Of a DNA stretch of 64,000 bases, positions 1 to 12,734 are shown one piece after another. Source of the stretch: the human T2T-CHM13v2.0 reference genome, Homo sapiens. Within the stretch, counting starts at the first letter, position 1, and each line of letters opens with the position of its first letter. The stretch lies in NCBI RefSeq assembly GCF_009914755.1, contig NC_060933.1; one strand, 5' to 3'. The notes under the pieces are model-generated. The model did no database searches and had not been told where the DNA came from. It was given only the letters and a program-made list of their open reading frames with translations. The position numbers were made by a program, and so were the translations under genes.

Positions 1-769
1 TTTTCATCGAGCAAAATTTTGTTTCCCAAATCCAATTATTCAATCTCTAAATTGCTTGCTTCCCACTTCCTTTTCGTCATAGTCTCTTTATATTAATACC
101 AAACTTGGCTTTTTTTCCTTCCTTTTATGGCCTCTCAGCCCAAACCACCAGTCCCTAGATAACTAATTATCTGTGTCTTCTGGCCTCATCCCAACTTTTT
201 AGGGCAGTGAGCTAACACTTCTTTTTGTATGTTAGGAGTTCTCAACTTTTTTGAAGAAACATGGTGCTTTCTAAAATAAATGGGAGAACATAAGACAAAG
301 CAAAGCCAGAAGAAATTAATTTTCTTTGGAAAATCCCAAAAGTCAGGAAAGTTTTCTGAAGACTGAATATTCTTCACCACTCATTTTCACTTTTATTCAT
401 TCAACATTGTTTGAACCTTCACCCTGTAATGGGCTCTTTAGTGGCATCATGGCTACTAATGTGAGGAAGGTATGGAGAGCCACCTAACAGGGCTCTGCTC
501 TTCTCTCCGCTGCATGTTCCACAGGCGCTCATGGCAAAACTCACCCAAATCTCTTCATGGTGACCACTTGTTCAGCCTTATATCTTCCCTCACAAGCATA
601 GCCCTTTTCTGAGACTTGCATTTGCTTTAAAATTTTGAATTTCCAAATTCCCAATATGGTTTACTTCATAATTGAGACATAAAGTTCACTGCAGAAGAGA
701 AGATACCCCCACAAGTCAGAAAATGCTCTTTAATTGTTTATTAAAAATGAAAGAGTGGAAATTATTGAG

Positions 770-1440
770 CAAATCCAAATAGAACAAATCTAAAAAATCC
801 ATACCAAGACACATTGTAGTCAAATTTCTGGAACCTAAACAAAGAAAAATTCTTGAAAGCAGTGTGAGAGAATGACACCTTAACCTATAGAGGAAAAGTC
901 ACTTAAATGAAAGATAATATCTCATCAGAAACCATGGAGACCAGAAGTAAGTGGCTTAAATTTTCTTTAAAGTACTGGGAAAAGAAACCCTACCAATAAG
1001 CATTCAGTATCCAATGAAAATATTTTATGGGGATGAAAGGAAAATCAATCATTCTCAGATGAATTTCAGAAATCATCATTCTCAGATGAAGTAAAAACTA
1101 AGCAAAATTTTTACCAATACTCCTACCCTAAAAGTATGGGTAACGGACATTCTTTCAATATAAAGGATATGATAAAAATAAGAAATCTTGAAACATTAAA
1201 AAAAAGGTGAATGGGGAGAGTAAAAATATGGTGAATACAATAGAATTTCCTCCTCCTCTTGAGTTTTCCAAATTATGTGTGATATTGGAGCAAAAATTCT
1301 GACACTCTGATATTGTTCTCAATGTATGTTGAGAAAATAATTGATATAATCATAAACTGGAAAGGATAAAAAATATGCTAAATAAAGGAAAGTTTCTATA
1401 CCTAATTTGAACTGAAAAAATGTTGAAGCCTTTAGACTAT
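770..1440 (+). mobile_element. Old L1M (L1MD-like) fragment, ORF1 3' end / inter-ORF region
   Basis: L1 ORF1-like DNA (ccaagacacattgtagtcaaatttctgg...ctcatcagaaaccatggagaccagaag); visibly homologous to 19850-20449 plus 26258-26500 in this window. Confidence 0.75.
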
Positions 1441-1444
1441 AGAA

Positions 1445-1529
1445 TTATATATATAACAAATATATAATAAACATATTTTATATATAAAATATATATTTCT
1501 ATACATAATGCAATTCTATATATAATATA

Positions 1530-1577
<48 letters not shown>
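1445..1577. repeat. AT-rich / (TA)n microsatellite
   Basis: Degenerate, then perfect, TA run directly visible. Confidence 0.95.
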
Positions 1578-1578
<1 letters not shown>

Positions 1579-1606
1579 GATTCCATTATTGATTTCTGCA
1601 TTGCAG

Positions 1607-1650
1607 AAATTTGATCCTCCTTCTCTGAGAGGGAGCCGGTTTTCGTTTCC
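1607..1650 (+). repeat. 44 bp dispersed direct repeat, copy 1 (copy 2 at 4217-4260)
   Basis: aaatttgatcctccttctctgagagggagccggttttcgtttcc vs aaatttgattctccttctctgagagggtgctggttttcatttcc; 40/44 identical. Confidence 0.9.
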
Positions 1651-2744
1651 TTTAGTCTAAAGGCTTCAACATTTTATCTGTACAAATTAGGTGTAGAAAT
1701 CTTCCCTTCTTCATCATGGCACCCAGGAAGAGAATTCTAACTCAGAATATCTTGGCTAAAACCACAACATTGAGCATGGAATTCATTCCTGTGCAGTTTC
1801 TCCATGCTAGTCTGTGTCACTAATGATGGTATCTAAGAAGCTATGGAAGAAGGACGAAAGTCCTATTTTTTCTTTTGTATTAGAGATGATTAAGATGTCA
1901 TGTCTTTCCCACCAGCTTTTCCCTTTCTCTTGATATGAAGAGTGTTGAGATTTTGAAAAGCAAGGAAATAGAGAATAGAAATCTCAGATTCTTTTCCTCT
2001 TATTTATTCATTGCATAAAATAGTTACTGAACACATCACAGGTGCCCGGATGAACGTTCAAAGCTGGGAATACTATGGTGAGCAATGCACAGTCTTGGTC
2101 TCATGTTGCTTCCTGTCTAGGATGCTTCCCAGTCACTTACTTATGCTTCTTGATCTGACAAAAAAAAATGTAAGTACAAGAGTGAGTAAATGGCAACTAC
2201 CCCAGAAATGTAAGCACTGGTCCCTGTGAATTATGTGAAAGAAAGGAGATAGTGAAAGCTCAAGTGTTATGAGCATGCAACCTTCAACCTGTTGTTTGCC
2301 TAAGGCCTTAAAATCCTTTTTATAAGCCAACTCTTTACTAGCAGGTTAGAAGATAAATTTATGTTTCTTCTTTTGTTGGAAAGTCATAGTAAAGTAAATT
2401 CTAGCTTCTTCTTGGGAGAAGTCCTTTTGTTTCAGTGGACTTAGAAGTAACTTACAATCTAAACTCCTGAGAAAGCACACTGTAGGACTGCACAAAAAGC
2501 TCAAGGTAGTAGGAATACATGGATTTTTGTCTTAAGGTTAGAGCAAAGTTTTCAAAAAGGAATTCTGAAGTTACAATTAAAATTATCTACTTGGAGGGAG
2601 CCTCTTGGTGGAAATTCATGAGAGATGAAGCAGCATCTTCAAACAGAATCATCTTCCTAAAGATGGTGTGCACTTTCACAACCACGAAAACTAGGGGTCT
2701 ACCGAGTGGGATAGAAACCAACTTCATTTAGACTAACAATTCGT

Positions 2745-2892
2745 TTTCTCTCTCCTTCCTTTCTCCCTCCCTCCTTCCCTCCCTCCCTCCCTGCCTGCCT
2801 GCCTGCCTGCCTTCCTTCCTTCCTTCCTTCCTTCCTTCCTTCCTTCCTTCCTTCCTTCCTTCCTTCCTTCCTTCTTTCCTTCCTTCCTTCCA
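2745..2892. repeat. Compound (CCCT)/(CCTG)/(CCTT)n pyrimidine-rich microsatellite
   Basis: Directly visible; source of the RKEG-repeat ORFs. Confidence 0.95.
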
Positions 2893-4216
2893 CCATCCGA
2901 GTTGTCAGAACCAGAAACCATGATCTCCCAAGGGCAGCAAGTATGGTTTAGTTGACCTTGCTCTTTCAATACTTGCCACGTAGCAAGTGTTTTAAAAATT
3001 AAAGGATGCAAGAAATTCTTTAATCTTTGAAGGGAAAAAATTAAAATGATTGCATATATAACTTTCTCCCTTCCCTACCATCTATAGGGTAATATTTGTT
3101 TTCTCCCCACTTTACAGGTCTCTGTTTCACAAAGAAATGAAATAAATGGATACCCTCAATTGAAGATGGGAAAAACATATTCTAAATGAAAAATTGCATG
3201 GAGGTCTTTGGGGAGAATAACAGATGCTGTGGATTAAAACAGGGAGTCACACAGCTGGTGGGCTGCGGGAGAAGACTCTGGGCCATTTGGGTGAGGGAAA
3301 GGGTAAAGAAATGGGCTTTAGGACAGAAGTCTAAAGAGAGAATTTCTGGGTGCTTTGCTCTGTTCTGTGCATCTGCTGCCCTCTCAGGAAAAGCCCATCT
3401 TAGAGGGCCCTGGATTGGGTGCTTGGGTGCTCAGTGGGACTGTCCTGAAAACAGGAGCAGGACAGCACAGGTCTATGTGGGTTACAGATCTTTGCATCTT
3501 GCAATGCTTCCCATCTGCCACCCCAGATACATGGCCCTGTCAAAGCCAAAGCTCACATAGACACTGTCAGCAAACAATTCAGTGTTCATGAAAAAATCTA
3601 GAACTTAGTAATAGTACATATATTTGTTTCTGTGAGTCCAGAGAGTGATCATGTAAGTGTGTGAGGATGTAATCCCTCACATGTGGAATAAAAGGGTCAT
3701 GTTTCATTCAGCATTGAATCACCCTTAACAAATAATCGACGAGGAAGCCCGCTGTTGCCTGCCTCAGTGGACGGGGCTACCAGGAAGCATACAAAGGCTC
3801 ATCACAGCAGAAATTCATTCTGTGGAAAATGTGATCAAGATCCATTTCAAATGCCAGAGCCCTGCTTTATTTGACAAATTCAACAATCCTGAGATGATTG
3901 GTCATGGATTCAAGGCCTAAGCAAAACTGGCTTCCAGCAAATTCCATAGGCCCTTGTTTTGACCTCTTCTGAAAACGGTAGGTATCACATTTCACCAATC
4001 ATTTTTCTTTACAGTAATAACCAAAATGAAAGCTTATTTTAATTTCTCTAAATAGTCAAAGGTTTCTCTTGTTTTCCTACATATTTCGGGTGTCTGGGGC
4101 TCTCTACCTGACTCAGATCTCTTAGATTATCTTAGTAATCAACTCAGCCTTGAGGAGTTCTCTTCCCAGAAAAAGCTAAGGCTTTGCTGCTGAAAGCCAG
4201 CATGTTACTGGAGTAC

Positions 4217-4260
4217 AAATTTGATTCTCCTTCTCTGAGAGGGTGCTGGTTTTCATTTCC
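4217..4260 (+). repeat. 44 bp dispersed direct repeat, copy 2
   Basis: Matches 1607-1650 at 40/44. Confidence 0.9.
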
Positions 4261-4495
4261 AAGCACTGGGACCACACAGCTGCTGCTGGATACCCACAAG
4301 TGTTTCACAAAAGCAGTCCTGTGTCTGGGGTACCCTCAGCAAGCACTTATAAAATGCTGCATCTTTCTTTTCCCAGGAAAAAAAGATAGTGTTCTGTGCC
4401 TGACTAGGAAGTTCTGGTGGTTTTCTTAGTTAGCACATGAGAGGTTGACAGTTGCCAGTCTCCAGTGAAGCTGTCAACAGGTTATACACAAATAA

Positions 4496-4988
<493 letters not shown>

Positions 4989-5309
4989 ACCAATTTATAT
5001 TCATTGAAAATGTTACCCGCATTCTCGCCAACACTGGGCAATATTAAACTTTTAATCTGATAGGCGAGAAATAGAATCTCATCATTGTTTACATTTGCAG
5101 TAACATTAGTGATGAAGTTGAGCCTCTGTTCATGTGTATACCATCATTGATATTTCTTTTTCTATGAACTACTTGTTCAAGTCCTTTGTAGTTTATGTTC
5201 AATAGAATTGTTTATCTTTTTCTTATTGATTTGTATGAGCATTTTATATATTAAGAAATTCTGTCTTTGTTGTATGAAATACAACTAATTTCTACTTCCT
5301 AATAAATAG

Positions 5310-5696
<387 letters not shown>

Positions 5697-6554
5697 TGAT
5701 GTCTGGAATTTATAGCATATTTAGAAAGAATTTCCATAATTTGGAAAAATCTATACAAATCTACCTGTTTGGTTTATAGTGCACTTGTGGCTTTTTTTTT
5801 TGTAGTTAATATTTTTATTTATCTGAAATGTCTTTTGAAATAAGGTAGGAATAAGCATTTTTGTGATTTTTCAAATGACAAGCTATCTTTTTCTACACAG
5901 GTATACTTTCATTTGAAACACCAATTTTTGATCTATGGAGTTTTCACATGCATTTGGCATGCAGACTGTGCTTGCAGACTGTGGTGGGCTTGCAGACTGT
6001 GGTGCTGGGCAAAAACAGAACTAGTTCCACTTTCTATCGGTCTATTCCTGTACAACACTATATTGTCCTATGTTATTAGCATCATAATATATTGTATTTA
6101 ACAGATATAACTAGACTCACATCATTTTTTTCTTTAAAAATTTTCAGGCTAATCCTATACTGGTTAATTTTAGAATAATTTTGCCAGGGGAATTTTAGAA
6201 TTGCATTCATTACTAATTTCAGAATTATTGTTTTAAGCCTTCTTTTCCAAGCATAATGAACTCATGTTTTCCATTTATTCAAGTTTTCTATCATACCCCT
6301 ATTGCCATCATCCTCATTATTATTTTTGCCCAACCACTTTGGACTGCCTAGCTGCCATCATAATTTTCTAGGCGCAGAGTCACATCAGCCAGTTATACTC
6401 ATTACCTTTTTTCTTCCACTTTAGTCTTATCTCTTCTTCCACTTCATTGCTTTGACTAAGTATTTATGACAATACAAGGGGCATAAGTAAGTGTCTCCAT
6501 CTTTCATCTGACTTTACAGGAAATACTTTTAGTTTTTATTACTGAGTAGTAGTT

Positions 6555-6680
6555 GAGAAACAGGGTTTGGAAATTACCTTACTTGGATTCAAATACCAAC
6601 TCTATTCCAAATGGATATGTGACTTGGAAAAAGTTCTCAACATCTGTTAAATGGGGATATTAATACTACCAATCTCTGTT
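6555..6680 (+). mobile_element. MIR fragment
   Basis: ggattcaaatacc...tgtgacttggaaaaagtt...catctgttaaatggggatattaatactacc resembles the MIR core. Confidence 0.65.
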
Positions 6681-7384
6681 TTATTTTTTCCATTTTGTTT
6701 GTCAAGTATTGTAATCACTGTTATGTTCATTCATAGTAGAAATTTGGATGCTTCCCGTCTTCCTTATAAGTTCCAAACCGTATAAATATCATCAGAATCA
6801 TGTTTTCTTTGAAAGTGGGAAAAAATATGGGCTTGGCAATTTGGGCAATATCACTTTAGGAATCTTCACAATTTATTTTGCTTTTATTGGTCTCTTTAGG
6901 TTTTTTAAAAAAATCTCTTATAAAATCAAATTTTGTGATTTATATTTTCCTAGAAAATCACCTATTTAATCAAGTTTTCAAATTTATTAGCACAAATCAA
7001 TAACTGTTTAAATCAATAACTGTGTCCTGTCATACTTCTTTTTTTTCTTTGTACCTGTGGCTATGTCCCGGCACACAGTGCTAAGTTTGTGTGCTTATAC
7101 CTTCCCTTACCTTGTTTATTAATGAGCCTGGGCAGTTGGTGCAACTCTATCCTGGGATCTATAATGAACAAGCACTGAGATTTGTCAGTTCTATTATTAA
7201 TTGTTTCCTGGTTCTTAAAATCTTGCTTCTTCTGTATTGACTTTTTCCTTTTTTTCATTTTTTGTTATTTCTTATTTTTCTTATTTCTGAAGATTTTTTA
7301 TTAGTTTATTATTTCTCACTTAGCAATGTAAAGATTTAAGTCTATGAAATTAACTTTGGGAATAACTATTCATATCTCATAGAC

Positions 7385-8243
7385 TTTAAAAAACAGCTTT
7401 ATCTAAGTATAATAAAGCATTGGCATACAATAAATAAATAAATTGTGTATATTTAAAGTGTTCAGTTTAAGTTTTTGACATATACACTTTTAACATATAC
7501 ACCCATGAAACCATCACCATAGTTAAGATAATGAAGATATTCATTACCCCAAAGGGTTCCCTGTACCCTTTTTAATTCCTCGTATTTGGCCCCTCTTTGA
7601 CTTACCTCAATATCCCAAGGGAATCACTAATTTTTTTTCCCTCTCACTATAAATTAGTTTGCAAATTCTAGAATATTATATATATTAAGTTATATACTAT
7701 GTATTTTTTTAATCTGGCTTTTTTTCACTCATCATAATTATTTTGAAATGCATCAATGTCATATAGTGTATCAATAGTTAAGTTTTTTTATAGTTGAGTA
7801 ATTTTCCATTGTATGGAAATGCCAACTTTGCTGAAGTATTCATCTGTTCATAGACATTTGGGTTATTTCCAGTTTGGGGCTATTACAAATAAAGTTGCTA
7901 TGAACATAGTGAATACATCTTTGTATGGATATATGCTTTCATTTATTTTGGGTAAGAACCTAGAAGTGAAATGTTTGGATCAGAAGTGTATGACTAACTT
8001 TTTTTATTTTATTTTATTTTATTATTATTACACTTTTGAAGAAGTTGCCAAACCTGTTTCCAGAGTGGTCTTGCCATTTTACATTCCCACCAGCAGTGTA
8101 TGAGAGTTACAGTTGCTTCAGGTTCTGGCCAATACTTGACAAAATAAATCTGTCTAATTCAATCATTCTAATAGATGTGTGATGATACCTCATTGCAGTT
8201 TTAATTTGCATTTTCCTAATAACAACTTTTCATGTGCTTATTG

Positions 8244-8292
<49 letters not shown>

Positions 8293-9025
8293 CTTTGGTG
8301 AAACATCTTAATCTTCTGTCAATTTTTTTATGGTTTGTTTTCTTATTGTTGAGTTTTAAGAGTTTCTAAATATATTCTGGATAAGATTTTTCATCAGATA
8401 TATGCTTTATGAATATTTTTTCCAGTTTGTGGTTTGATTTTTTTAATTCTCTTAACAATATATTTCAGAAAACAAAAGATTCTTTGATGAAGCTACATTT
8501 ATAGTTTTTTTAAGGGTTGTGCTTTTTGTACAATATCTAAGAAATCTTTGCCTAACACAAGGTCACCAAAAAACCTCCTGTTTTCTTGTAGGAGTTTGTA
8601 GTTGTAGCTCTTACATTTATATTTGTAATCTATTTATAATTGATTATTTTATATGGTGCAAAGTATAGACTGAAATTATTTTTATTTTTGTATATAGATA
8701 TCCAATTTGTTGAAAAGACAATCTTTTCTTTACTAAATTGTCTTTCACCTTTGTTGAAAATCAGTTGTTAATATGTGTGTGTGAGGATCTGTTTCTTGGT
8801 CTCTTTTTCTGGCTCATTGATCTATTTGTTTATGTTGATTTTTGTAGTGCTATAATCCTTAAAGTCAAGTAGCATAAGTCTTCAACTTTGTTCTTTTTTT
8901 ACTTTAAATGCTGTTTGACTATTCTAAGTTCTTTATATTTTTATGTGAATTTTAAATCACCTTGTCATTATTTACAAAATCTTTCTGGGATTTTGATTGG
9001 GATTGCATTGAACCTAGATAAATTT
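7385..9025 (-). mobile_element. L1M (L1MC/MD-like) 3' end and ORF2 tail, containing (TA)n at about 8247-8287
   Basis: cagctttat...aaaccatcaccatagttaagataatgaa; ttacattcccaccagcagtgtatgagagtt; ttttgattgggattgcattgaa. Confidence 0.8.
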
Positions 9026-9690
9026 GAGTAGTTATGCTTTATAAACTTGCCACAAACATTGAATTAGTGAACACTGAACCATTGCTCTTAGGGGAAAGAC
9101 AAGGCTAGTTTCCTGAGAACATCTGGTTCCACAGAGGTGACCACAATAACCAAAATATTTTTATTAACATATCAACATAAAACCTCGTCTTATGTATGTT
9201 TCTGTTTAAAGATATCTTGTTTAATATATGTTTGTGTATATATATCTATTACCAATACATTAACATTGAACAGCCAACAGCACTATAGCTCAGCTTGAAG
9301 AAATCCTATCACACATATATTTTTTGTAAAGCACATCATGGCCTTCCTGAACTTAAGAACACTAGACAGCCCTTCAGCATGAAAGCTTGGGGCCATTTTA
9401 AATAGTGAATTGCCCCCAGAAGAGCTCAAAAATGTTTAAAACATGGCATGAAATACTGCAAAAAGGACATTTGTTTACAGTGTGAGAGCTGGAGCAAGAA
9501 AGCAGAGTGTAGGCTTGTTAAACTCAAGCTGTGAATGTGCACCACAGGAGACCCATCCCTCTCATCTCTCTGTGCCCATCTGCGTGTGACCATGAGAATG
9601 CTGCAGCTATTGATCTGAGTGTTACAAATACATTTTAGCAAGCAGGCAAATTGGAAAATATGGAATCTCTGAATTATGAATATCAATTGT
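9026..9690 (-). mobile_element. MER82 (TcMar-Tigger non-autonomous DNA transposon)
   Basis: Reverse complement follows the recalled MER82 consensus (caattgatattcataattcagagattcc...aaaatggccccaagc...cccctaagagcaatggttcagtgttcactaattca). Confidence 0.8.
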
Positions 9691-9899
9691 ATTTCTGCAT
9701 TGATTTTCTAAAAATTTTGTTTTACATTTTTGTGTCTATAATCACAGGGGATATTGTTCTATAATGTTCTTATAATATCTTTGTTAGAGTTTAGTATTGA
9801 GAATTGGCCTTATAGAATGATTTAAGAAGTATATCTTCTTCAATATTCTTGAAGAACTTGTATACAATTCCCATTATTCTTTTCTTAAATATTTGGTAA

Positions 9900-10197
9900 G
9901 GCTGGGTGCTGTGGCTCATGCCTGTAATCCCAGAACTTTGGGAGGCTGAGGCAGGCAGATCACCTGAGGTCAGGAGTCTGAGACTAACCTGGCCAACATG
10001 GTGAAACCCCATCCCTACTAAAAATGCAAAAATTAGCCAGGTGTGGTGGTGGCTGGCACCTGTAATCCCAGCTACTCAGGAGGCTGAGGCAGGAAAATCG
10101 CTTGAACCAGGGAGGCAGAGGTTAAAGTGAGCTAAGGTAATGCCATTGCACTCCAGCCTGGGTGACAGAGTGAAACTCTGTCTAAAAAAAAAAAAAA
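9900..10197 (+). mobile_element. Alu SINE (AluSx/Sq-like), no TSD visible
   Basis: ggctgggtgctgtggctcatgcctgtaatccc ... poly-A. Confidence 0.97.
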
Positions 10198-10198
10198 G

Positions 10199-11120
10199 AA
10201 TATGACATGGCTGCTTCTAACAGCTTAAACTCAGATATGGGAGTAAAGGAATGATTTAAAGTTGAAACATATTTAAAAGGGAAGCAAAGCATAAAAGTTT
10301 GGAAAATTCACAGCCTAGCCCTGTGGTAGACAAAGAATCCAAGCAGGCTGCAGAGCAACCACTTACTAGAGAGATTAGCATGACTAAAAGGGAGCCAAGT
10401 GTTAATACCCAAGGCAATGGGAAAAAGGCCTCGAAGGCATTTCAGTTATCTTCAAGGCAGCTCCTCCTATCACAGGCCCAGAGGCCTAGGAGTAAAGAAT
10501 GGATTCAGGGGCCAGGCCCAGGGCCCTGCTGCCCTGTGCAGTCTCAGGACACTGCTTCTCACATCCTGGCTGTCCCAGCTTCAGCCTTAGTTCAAAGGGC
10601 TCCAGATAGTACTCAAGCTGCTGCTTTGGAGACTGCAAGCTGCCATAAGCCTTAGTGGCTCCCACATGGTGTTAAGTCTATGGTAGCATGGAAAGCAAGA
10701 GTGAAGGGGGCCTGGCAGCTTCCCCTTAGATTTCAGAGGATGTATGAGAAAACCTGGGTGACCAGGCAGAAGCCTGCCACAGGGGTGGAGCCCTCACAAA
10801 AAACCTCTACTAGGGCAGCACAGAGGGAAAATGCAGGGTGAGAGCCCCCACAGAGACTCTACCAGAGTACTGCTTAGTGGAGCTTGGGGAAAGGGACTGC
10901 CACCCTCCAAACCCAAGAATGGTAGATCTAACAGAAGCTTGCATCCTGAGCCTCGAAAAGCTACATGTACTCAACTCCAACCCATGACAGCAGCCATGGT
11001 CATGTACACTGCAAAGTCACAAGGGGCAGAGCTGCCCAAGGCCTTGAGGGCCCACCTCATGTGCCAGAGTGCCCTGGATGTGGGAAATGGAGTCAAAGGA
11101 GATTATTTTGGGGCTTTAAG
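10199..11120 (+). mobile_element. MaLR internal sequence (MST-int/THE1-int-like), without LTRs
   Basis: gaagcaaagcataaaagtttggaaaatt, tagatttcagaggatgtatg, aacctctactagggcag, gagtcaaaggagattattttggggctttaag. Confidence 0.85.
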
Positions 11121-11201
11121 TAAAGAAAAGGAATCACTTTCTTTTTTCATCCATGCAAAAGAAAGTGATAGAGTGATCCATCCATCACTTTTTTTTTTTT
11201 T

Positions 11202-12274
11202 GACTGTCCTTTGAAGATTTGAAGCCAGGCATTGACTTTTCTCTAGCTATGAAAGTCCCAGATGGCATGTTCTTCCAATTTAAGGTAGTTTCATCTACAC
11301 TGGAAATCTGTGGCCACCTTTATCAATAATCTTAGCTAGATTTTCTGGATAACTTGCTGCAGCTTCTACATCAGTACTTGCTGCTTCACCTTACATTTGT
11401 ATCTTACAAAGACAGCTTTTTTCCCCCCCTAAATACCGTGAACCAGTATCTGCCAGCTTCAAATTTTCCTGCAGCTTTCTTGCCTCTCTCAGCCTTCACA
11501 GAATTGAAGAGAGTGAGGGTCTTTCTCTGGATTAAATTTTAGCTTAAGGGAATGTTGTGGTCATTTTGATCTTTTTTCCAGATCATTACAACTTTCATCA
11601 GCAATAAGGCTATTTTACTTTCTTATCATTCATGTGTTCACTGGAGTAGCACTTTTAATTTCTTCCAAGAACTTTTCCTTTGCATTCACAACTTGACTAG
11701 TGATTTGGTTCAATAAGCTTACCTTTCTGCCTATCTTGGCTTTTGACATACCTTCCTCATTCAGCTTAATCATTTTCAGCTTTTGATTTAAAGTGAGAGA
11801 CCTGTGACCCTTTTTTTTTAACTTGAACACTTAGAAGCCATTAGGGTTATTAATCGGCCTAATTTCAATATTGTCGTGTCTCAGGGAATAAAGAGACCCA
11901 AGGAGAGGGAAAGAGAGGGGAAAATGTTCAATGGAGGGAGCACTCAGAACACACACATTTACCAGTTAAGTTCACTGTCTTGTATGTGTATGGTTTGTGA
12001 TGCCCAACAAAAATTACAGTAGTTCCATCAAAGATCACCGATCATAGATCACTATCACAGATATAGTAATAATAAGAAAGTTTGAAATGTTGCGAGAATT
12101 ACCAAAATGTGACACAGAGACACAAATTGAGCAGTATATGCTTTGGGAAATATGGCGTCAATAGGCTGTTCAGAGTAGAGTTACCACAAACCTTGTAAAA
12201 AGAAGTTTGTAAAAAAATAACGTAATATCTGAGAGGTGCAATAAAGGAAAGCACCATCAAATGAACTCTGACTG
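11202..12274 (-). mobile_element. Tigger1 DNA transposon, 5' ~1.1 kb with disrupted transposase start
   Basis: ORF 11630-11830 ([26 protein letters not shown]...[20 protein letters not shown]) matches the Tigger1/TIGD1-type CENP-B-like N-terminus; decayed 5' terminus near 12274. Confidence 0.92.
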
Positions 12275-12425
12275 CATTTCATTGATTTTTAATATGTAGG
12301 TTTTTTGTTATTATTGTTTTCTTGATAATCTGATTTTTTAAAATTATACCATTCTTTTTTAGCCAAGAAAGTTATCTTTAAATATTTGGCTTATTAGGTT
12401 TTCCTGAAATGTTTGGCATTATTGG

Positions 12426-12720
12426 TTTTTATATTTATGTATTTATTGAGACAGAATCTACTTCTGTGGCCCAGGCTGGAGTGCAGTGGCACAATCTCGG
12501 TTTACTGCAGCCTCTGCCTCCCAGGTTCCTCCTGCCTCAGCTTCCCAAGTAGCTGGGACTACAGGCATGTACTACCATGCCCTGCTAATTTTTGTATTTT
12601 TAGTACAGACAGGGTTTCACCATGTTGACCAGGCTGCTCTCAAACTCCCGACCTCAAGTGATCCACCTGCCTCAGCCTCCCAAAGTGCTGGAATTACAGG
12701 CATGAGCCACTGTGCCCAGC
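12426..12720 (-). mobile_element. Alu SINE (AluS/J-like)
   Basis: Dimeric Alu, antisense, with a small internal deletion. Confidence 0.95.
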
Positions 12721-12734
12721 ATTTTTTATTTATT

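Noticed and set aside
11630-11830. TIGD1-like ORF as a domesticated transposase gene
   Set aside because: Only 66 aa, stop-interrupted, within a truncated Tigger1.
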